This document shows, in pieces, positions 55,488 through 64,000 of a stretch of 64,000 nt of DNA; within the stretch, counting starts at the first letter, position 1; each line of letters starts with the position of its first letter. Under the pieces are notes generated by a model, which worked only from the letters and a program-made list of their open reading frames with translations, ran no database searches and had not been told where the DNA came from. Position numbers and translations under genes: made by a program. The stretch is from Octopus vulgaris (taxonomy: Eukaryota), in the NCBI GenBank assembly GCA_951406725.2, contig OX597815.1, forward strand, positions 207,824,001 to 207,888,000. The letters are read 5' to 3'.

Positions 55488-55966
55488 AAGCACTATCCGA
55501 ATCGTGGCCGATGCCAGCGCCGCCTCGACTGGCTTCCGTGTCGGTGGCACGTAAAAAGCACCATCCGAATCGTGGCTGAAGCCAGTGCCGCCTCGACTGG
55601 CTTCCGTGTCGGTGGCACGTAAAAAGCACCATCCGAATCGTGGCCGAAGCCAGTGCCGCCTCGACTGGCTTCCTTGCAGGTGGCACGTAAAATGCACCAA
55701 TCCGCCCATGGCCGATGCCAGCCTCGCCTGGCTCCAGTGCAGGTGGCACGTAAAAAGCACCCACTACACTCACGGAGTGGTTGGCGTTAGGAAGGGCATC
55801 CAGATAAGACCGGAGCCTGGGGCAGCCTTCTGGCTTCCCAGAACCGTCCAACCCATGCTAGCATGGAAAACGGACGTTAAACGATGATGGTGATGATGAT
55901 GATGATATATGTTGGATCGTTAGACCCTACACGCATTTTTTTCTCTCCTTGTTTCTTTTCTGTGTA

Positions 55967-56004
55967 TCTTTCTGTCGAAGAGCGTAGGCTCGAAATGTAA
56001 AAGA
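55967..56004 (+). ncRNA. Minimal hammerhead-like motif with a variant core
   Basis: Stem I TCTTT/AAAGA, core CTGTCGA+A, stem II GAGC(gtag)GCTC, GAAA-TGTA. Confidence 0.6.
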
Positions 56005-56321
56005 CTTGTTCTATTTCTATTCCTGAGCGCCATACTAATACAATTGTTTGTTTGTACTCCACCTGCCTTCGTCTTTTGTTTATTTTCGTAAACCTTCCCG
56101 TTATATACATATATATATTATATAATTAGGGTTCAGCAAAAAAATTTACTTTACCACACACCGAACTTTTAGAAATAGCAGCCAAAGAATTTAGCTATTT
56201 CCTCTATTTAATTGTATAAAGTAATGTTTTAAATATACCGTAAATGGTCTTTACATACTGAACACTGCTTGGTAAAATTATTAATTACTAATTAATTAAT
56301 TTTACTCTTATTATTATTGAT

Positions 56322-56354
<33 letters not shown>

Positions 56355-57763
56355 ATATATATAAGTCTATTTTCGGCATATTTGGCATTGGAATTTTTTT
56401 CTTTTGCCCTTGTTTATAAGTTGTTTATAAATTTAACCTTTAAAGGTATTTTTTTAATATGCTGGCCATTGATAAAAAATTTTTCGAAAATTTTATCCTA
56501 TATTAAATATATATATATATATATATATAAGAATTTTACAAACTTTTTGAGGGAATATAAAGGCTGGCTGGTATTGAGGACAAATATCAGACAAATATAA
56601 ATAATATAAATAATGTACATAATTCCTCATCTCTTAAATATAGAACTGTATAGCAGTAGTTTCTAGCACCCACATCAGGTGAAGCAGATTTTTTAATGAG
56701 CTTGGTGAGCCTAAAAATGGCAAATCATCTACTAATTAGTTTAATTACAATTAATCACAATTAAACTTTCTATGAGTGCAGATGATCCTAATAATGAGTA
56801 GAAGTTGGATTTGGATATAACGAAGGGATCAAGAAAAGTTGGACACACACAGTGAGTTAGCTAGGGACAAGCATAAGTGACAGGGATTGCTGGTATCAAT
56901 TGATGAGCATAATAAATATTTCAGCTTCTCTCCCAGCAGTGTTTGTAAGGATGGTTTGAAAGAGCTTGTGGGTAATTAGGTATGTTAAAGCTGATAGCAT
57001 CAAAGAAACCAGTTTTGTCTCTAATTACCATCTATCAGCTTAAAAGGGAAAGGAAACATTTGTATCCAGAACCAGGTATTCTTGGATTACTTTAAATAAA
57101 GAATTGAGGATCAAATCAGGAATACATTTGAGCTATCTGGGATAAAAAGCATCTTTGGGGAAAGAGAGATGAGATAGATGACCTCAAATCAAGATAAAAT
57201 GTGGAGGATGATGAGGATGAAATGAAAGGGCATAATAAAAATAAACATCAGGTGTGGTAAGAAGCTTGCTTCCCAACCACATGGTTCTAGGTTCAGTCCT
57301 ACTGAGTGACACCTAGTTTGTTCCATCTCGAGCCACGCCTGGCTCATAAGGGCCAGTTTCCCCGGTTTCCTTGGTGTATAGGTTCCCCACCTGGACGGGA
57401 CACCGGTCCATCACAGGTGAGCTGCAAGATGCAGGAGGAAAGAGTGAGAGAATGTTGTGGCGAAAGAGTCAGGAGAAGTTTGCCATTATCTTCTGCCGTA
57501 GCCGCGTGGAGCTTAGGTGTTTCGCTCATAAACAGACACATCGCCTGGTCTGAGATTCGAACCCGTGATCCCTTGACCGCGAGTCCACTGCTCAAATGAC
57601 TAGGCCATGTGCCTCCACATAAAGGACATTTAGGGCAAATGTCATCTACTATAACCTTGGGCTGACCAAAGTCTTGAGAGTGGATTTGGTAGATGGAAAT
57701 TGAAAGAAGTCCATCGCATATTTATATATATAGCAAATAAGTAACAAGGATGTCAAGGTTTTA

Positions 57764-57812
57764 GTGCATTACTGCTATTTCAGGTGGCTCTATTCACCTT
57801 TCTTGAGTTGTG
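57764..57812 (-). ncRNA. Decayed hammerhead-like motif
   Basis: Minus strand CTCAAGA-A-AGGTG(aatagagc)CACCT-GAAA-TAGCA-GTA; G5 substituted, stem I poor. Confidence 0.45.
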
Positions 57813-57880
57813 TGGATAATACCGGACTGACTTGGTGTCTCAACTTAAGTATCTAGTTCAACTGAATCTTAATTATTTCT

Positions 57881-57933
<53 letters not shown>

Positions 57934-58043
57934 AATAATAATATAGGGTAATTCTTATGGAAGTTGAAATGACATTAGCATCTATTTCCAATTCAGTACA
58001 TGATGAGGCACTTAGCTGAACCCTGATTATAATTATATATATA

Positions 58044-59406
58044 TCATCATCATCATCATCCTCATCGTCGTTTAACATCTGCTTTCCATGTGCTGGACAG
58101 TTTGACGGAGGGCTGGCAAGCTAGCAGGCTGCACCAGGCTCCAATTTAATCTGCCAAAGTTTCTACAGCTGGATGCCCTTCCCTAATGCCAACCACTCTG
58201 AGAATGTAGTGGGTGCATTTTACATGCCACCAACACGAGGGCTAGTCAGGCAGTACTGGCATTGACCATGCTTGAATGGTGCTTTTTACATGATACCAGC
58301 ATGGAGCCAATAAGGTGGCACTGGCACTGATCATGCTCAAATGGTGCTTTTCATGTGCCACTGGCACGGGACCAATCAGGCAGCACTGGCATTGACCATG
58401 CTCAAATGGTGCTTTTTACATGTCACCAGCATGGGTGCCAATCAGGCAGTACTGTCATCAGCCACAACAATGACTTCACTTGACTCAACAGGTTTTCACA
58501 AGTACAGTTTATTGCCCAATGATTGAAGGGTACTCTTAAATGGGTCGGTTATGCTGCACTGGCATAGTCCACAGTTACAGTCTCACTTGGCTTGCTGGGT
58601 CTTCTCAAGCACAGCATATCTCCAAAGGTCTAGGTCACTTGTAATAGCTTCTGTGGAGCCCAACTTTTGAAGGTTGTGCCTCACAACCTCATCCCAGGTC
58701 TTCCTGCGTCTACCTTTTCCACTGGTTCCCTTTACTGCTAGGGTGTGACACTTTTTCACACAGCTGTCCTCATCCATACGCAACACATGACCATACCAGT
58801 GCAGTTGTCTCTCTTGCACACTGCATCTGATGCCTCTTATATCCAACTTTTCTCTCAGGGTGCTTACACTCTGCTGTGTAAGCACACTGACATTACACAT
58901 CCAGTGGAGCATACTAGCTTCCTTTCTTGCAAGGTTACGCATGTCCTCAACAGTCACGGCCCATGCTTTACTTTCATGTAGCATGACTGTTTGCACACAT
59001 GTGTCATATAGTCTACCTTTCACTCTGAGTGAGAGACCTTTTGTCACCAGTAGAGGTAGGAGCTCTCTGAACTTTGCCCAGGCTATTCTTATTCTAGCAG
59101 CTACACTTTCAGAGCATCAAACCCTGCTACTGACTTGGTCACCAAGGTAATGGAGACTATCAACTACTAGTTTTTTCCCTTGGAATGTGACGGAAGCTGT
59201 TCTCTGCACATTTTCAGTGTTTATTGCCCCTGAGCATTTGCCACAAATGAAAACTACCTTCCCAGTTAGCCTTCCTTTGATATTGTTGCACATCTTATGT
59301 GTCCATAGCTTACACTGGGTATATCTTATGGAGTTTCTACCTACGCCTTTTCTACGGATCAAGCAGGGCTATCTGCCTGAAGGGAATTGTGACTTGTCTG
59401 CCTTCA
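58044..59406 (-). mobile_element. 5'-truncated RTEX-like LINE (RT C-terminal part with Cys/His insert, 3' UTR, (GAT)n tail)
   Basis: GVGRNSIRYTQCKLWTHKMC...FICGKC, VVDSLHYLGDQVS, KGRLYDTCVQTVMLHESKAW, LHWYGHVLRMDE, GRRRKTWDEVV; frameshifted. Confidence 0.9.
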
Positions 59407-60255
59407 TATATATATATATATATGTTTGTATATGTATATACATAAACATATATACACAAACATACATATATATCATCCTCATCATCATCATCATTTAATG
59501 CCTGCCTTCCATGCTGACATGGGTTAGATGGCTTGACTGGACCTGCTAAGCTAGAGAGATGCACCAGGCTCCAATCTGATTTGATACGGCTTCCTGGGAC
59601 TACCTCTTCCACAAGTTCTCTCCACAATTAGAAATTGGCACTTCATGACACAGCTGTCCTGTGTGTGTCTTTGTGTCTGTGTTTGTCTCCAATCAATGCT
59701 TGACAGCCAGTGTTGGTGTACTTATGTCCCTGTAACTTAGCAGTTCAGCAAAAGAGCAATAAAATAAGTATCAGGCTTAAAATCTAGAAAAAGAAAAAAA
59801 AAGTACTGGGGTTGATTCATTTGACTTAAAAACAATTCAAGGTGGTGCCCCAGCATGGTCAGAATCTAATGACTGAAGTAAAGGAAAGAAAAGAATATGG
59901 AGGTTAATTTAGTTTATTATACTCCACTTCTATAAATTTTTGTATTTGCACTGATGCAAAGAAAAGAAACAAACAAACAAAACCTCATTATGCATGTGAA
60001 TAAGAATTAGAGGATTGCTTATAATAATAATAATAGTAATAATAATAATAATAATGATGTTGGTATCATCTGCAACAATGGTAAGAATTTTAAAAAATCG
60101 TAGTGTAAAAGTTAATGGATAAATTAGAGTTGGCAAAACTTCCAGAGCAAATAAATAAAGAAGTGAATAAAGAAAGAAAGAGAGAGAGAAAAAGAAAGAA
60201 GGAAAAAGTAAGAAAGAAAGAGAAAGTAAGAAAGACAGACAGATAGGGAAAAAGA

Positions 60256-60561
60256 TGTATACATACATACATACATACATACATACATACATACATACAT
60301 ACATACATACATACATACATACACACACAGATACATACATACATACATACATACATACATACATACATACATACATACATACATACATACATACATACAT
60401 ACATACATACACATACATACATACATACATACATACATACATACACACACAGATACATACATACAAACATACATATCAACATACAAACATATGTATATAC
60501 ATACATACATACATACATACATACATACATACATACATACATACATACATACATACATACA

Positions 60562-60592
<31 letters not shown>

Positions 60593-60675
60593 GTACATAT
60601 ATATGTACATACATACAGTACACACACTACATACATACACACACATACACATACATACATACATACATACATACA

Positions 60676-60706
<31 letters not shown>

Positions 60707-61321
60707 CAACATACAAACATATGTACATACACACATACATACATACATACATACATACATACATACATACACACATACATACATACATACATACATACAT
60801 ACATACATACATACAAACATACATATCAACATACAAACATATGTATATACATACATACATACATACATACATACAAACATACATACATACATACATACAT
60901 ACATACATACATACATACATACATACACACACAGATACATACATACAAACATACATATCAACATACAAACATATGTACATACATACATACATACATACAT
61001 ACATACATACATACAAACATACATACATACATAAATACATACATATGTACATATATATGTACATACATACAGTACACACACTACATACACATACACATAC
61101 ATACATACATACATACATACAAACGTGCATACATACATACACACATACATACACACATACATACACACATATACACACACATACATACATACACACACTA
61201 CATAATACATACATACACACACTACATAATACATACACACATACACACACATACACACACATACACACATACATACATACATACATACATACATACATAC
61301 ATACATACATACATACAAACA

Positions 61322-61352
<31 letters not shown>

Positions 61353-61530
61353 GTACATATATATGTACATACATACAGTACACACACTACATACACACAC
61401 ACATACATACATACATACATACATACAAACGTGCATACATACATACACACATACATACACACATACATACACACATATACACACACATACATACATACAT
61501 ACACACACTACATAATACATACATACATAC
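60256..61530. repeat. ~1.3-kb (TACA)n compound satellite with higher-order blocks
   Basis: Recurring interruptions catatcaacatacaaacatatgta, cagtacacacactac and aaacgtgcatac. Confidence 0.95.
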
Positions 61531-61809
61531 CTACAGTAGACACACACAAATATAAAAAAAAAAGAACTGTCAGCTATCACTGAGAGAATCTTCAATAAAT
61601 TCTCAACCATTTTTTTGGTTTAATGGTGTTAGCATTGAAAGAAAGTATGTTATAATGATTTTTAAAGAAAGGCATTTAAAGATGAAAGCGATGCAAATTA
61701 GAAGGTAGAAATGGTAAGGTGTTAAAAGAACAGAACTGAGAGAGAGAGATTTGTCAACAACATTTTCTATTTCTATCAATGCACAACTATTCTCTTCACC
61801 CCAACATAT

Positions 61810-61879
<70 letters not shown>

Positions 61880-62010
61880 GCATACCGTCCAACCCGTGCT
61901 AGCGTGGAAAACGGACGTTAAACGATGATGATGATGATGCATATATTTGTATATGTACATATATCTGTGTGCATTATATATATATGTATGTATGTATGTG
62001 TATATATATA

Positions 62011-62058
<48 letters not shown>

Positions 62059-62263
62059 TAGATACATATATACACATACATATATCTGTGTGCATTATAT
62101 ATATGTATGTATGTATGTGCTATATATATATATATATATATATATATAGATACATATCTATACATACATATATATATATATATAGATACATATATACATA
62201 CATACATATATATATAGATACATATATATATACATACATATATATATATATATATATATTATG

Positions 62264-62294
<31 letters not shown>

Positions 62295-62649
62295 ATGTGA
62301 TATATATATATATATATCTTCTTCAATCTGAGCATATATGTGAACGTTAAAATCATCATCGTTAATCTAAATTACTTTCAAATCTTGTGGAACATGACAT
62401 GTAAAATATAATATTGTGAAGTATGAGTGTGAGTATGAGTATGTGTGTATGCGTGTGAGTGTGTGCATGTGTATGCGTGAGTGTTTGTGTATGTGTGTTG
62501 TGAATATGTGTGTTTGTGATGTCTACGCAACTGTCCATCCACATCTGTCTCTCTGTCTGTCAGCGTTCATCTGTGTCTGTCTTTGTCTATCTATCTCTCT
62601 CTCTCTGTCTGTCCATCCATCCGTCTATCTATCTATCTATCTATCTATG

Positions 62650-62694
<45 letters not shown>

Positions 62695-63184
62695 TTATAT
62701 CTATCTATCTATCTATATCTATCTATATACACACATAAACACATCTTTTTCCTTAGTCCACTTGTCTCTTTTAGTCTTCATGTCTAAGGCCATTCTAGCG
62801 CAAAGTCTTTTTAAGTCAAATGTTCTGTCTCTGTTTCCTTTCCATATATGTCTAGAGATCCAATAATTTTTGCTTGTGTTTTTCCTAATGTGCAACATTC
62901 CTAGATTACAAATCAAGAATTTCTAAAGTCTACTTTGTTTTAGTTATAGTTCTTCCCTTTTTTTCAACTGACTTGTCTATGTTACAGTTATATGAACTGA
63001 GATACGACTGGGAAAACTCAGGTGCAGGGCATATACAAAGGATGTTCATCCAGTATACTAGTCCAAGGCCTCTATCTTCCTATCAGGGTCCTTCCTTAAG
63101 ACCTTACAGCTGAATTTTGAAAGGCTCCTACCACTTGAGGATTCTACAACCTGAGGATTCCACCAACTCAGGATTCCACCCCCT

Positions 63185-63320
63185 GGCCAAATTTGACCCA
63201 TAGCAGAGTCTCCAAGAAAAATTTTGAAATATGGAACAAAAGTGCTTTCAGGCCTGAAAGCACTTTTGTTCCACATTTCAAAATTTCTCTTGGAGGCTCT
63301 GCTATGGGTAAAATTTGGCC
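63185..63320. repeat. 136-bp spacerless palindrome
   Basis: Two 68-bp arms centred on TTCAGG|CCTGAA, 4 mismatches. Confidence 0.95.
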
Positions 63321-63374
63321 TAGTAAACCTTTTGGGAAGTAATCGATTAACTGAGGGTTTCTAAAGTCTTTAAC

Positions 63375-63583
63375 CCTTTGACATTTACATCAGTCATACC
63401 TGGTTCAAATATTCTTCCTGATGAATGTTCAAAATATCTGGAACCTGCAATGTCATTCTAAACATAAACAGTCAAATAGTCATACTACCAAAGCCTCAAA
63501 GCTATAAGATAATACATGTTTAATTAAAAAGAATGTTAATAAAAAGGTATAAAATTTGACAGAGTAACCTGAACACTAAATGG
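63375..63583. mobile_element. Possible old TTAA-type MITE
   Basis: TTAA|CCCTTTGACATT...ACACTAAATGG|TTAG; decayed TIR. Confidence 0.45.
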
Positions 63584-64000
63584 TTAGAGGCCAATTGGTG
63601 TTAAACGAAGCAAAGAAATATGTTTGGTCAAAAATATGGAAGTGGAATGTTTAAGTTCATATAACTGAGTTTGTATTATGCTTCTACATATATTGCAACA
63701 ACCTACAGTAAGAACTAATATTAGTAGGTAGTATAATATAGATAGCATTATGTAGGTAGTATTGAGTTGGCAAGCTGGCAGAATTATTAGGTCAAATATG
63801 AAATTTGTAGTAAGGTATATGGTAAACTTTGACAGCTGCTCATTTTTTGTCATTATTATATTTTGACAACCATTATTTTTTTGTTTGAAAGCTGACACAT
63901 CTATTTCTTTATTCTAACTCATTTTGCACTTTATAAAATATTTATAAATCGTTTTTTGCTATTTTTGTTTAGAGATAGATAAGTCGGAAATTTGTACAGT

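Noticed and set aside
59930-61610. Long ORFs of 178-354 aa
   Set aside because: Translations of (TACA)n; the same applies to the YIYI, HTHT, poly-I and poly-L ORFs throughout.

Overview
Eukaryotic, AT-rich, repeat-dense DNA with no long intact ORF; nearly every ORF in the track is a microsatellite or transposon artefact. The repeat families resemble, from memory, those of octopus (coleoid cephalopod) genomes; this taxon call is inference. Content: several tRNA-derived SINE families, 3' fragments of CR1, RTE and RTEX-like LINEs, L1/Tx1 and hAT (Buster/Charlie-type) fossils, a non-autonomous Helitron, TTAA (piggyBac-type) and Tigger-type MITEs, a 280-bp solo LTR with a 5-bp TSD, and many micro/minisatellites. 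Three phase-compatible minus-strand candidate exons (19680-19565, 15676-15596, 12677-12640) point to an unidentified host gene. The most interesting signal is a set of small microsatellite-embedded elements carrying hammerhead-ribozyme motifs, probably Penelope-like or retrozyme-like. One has a canonical core between 96-bp inverted arms (15758-16123), and two diverged copies of another family share a non-canonical CUGUC core (29648, 55967). Also notable: a 136-bp spacerless palindrome, a SINE with an apparent GGTA target preference that forms a tandem array, and tail swapping among SINEs. All coordinates were read by eye and may be off by a few bases.
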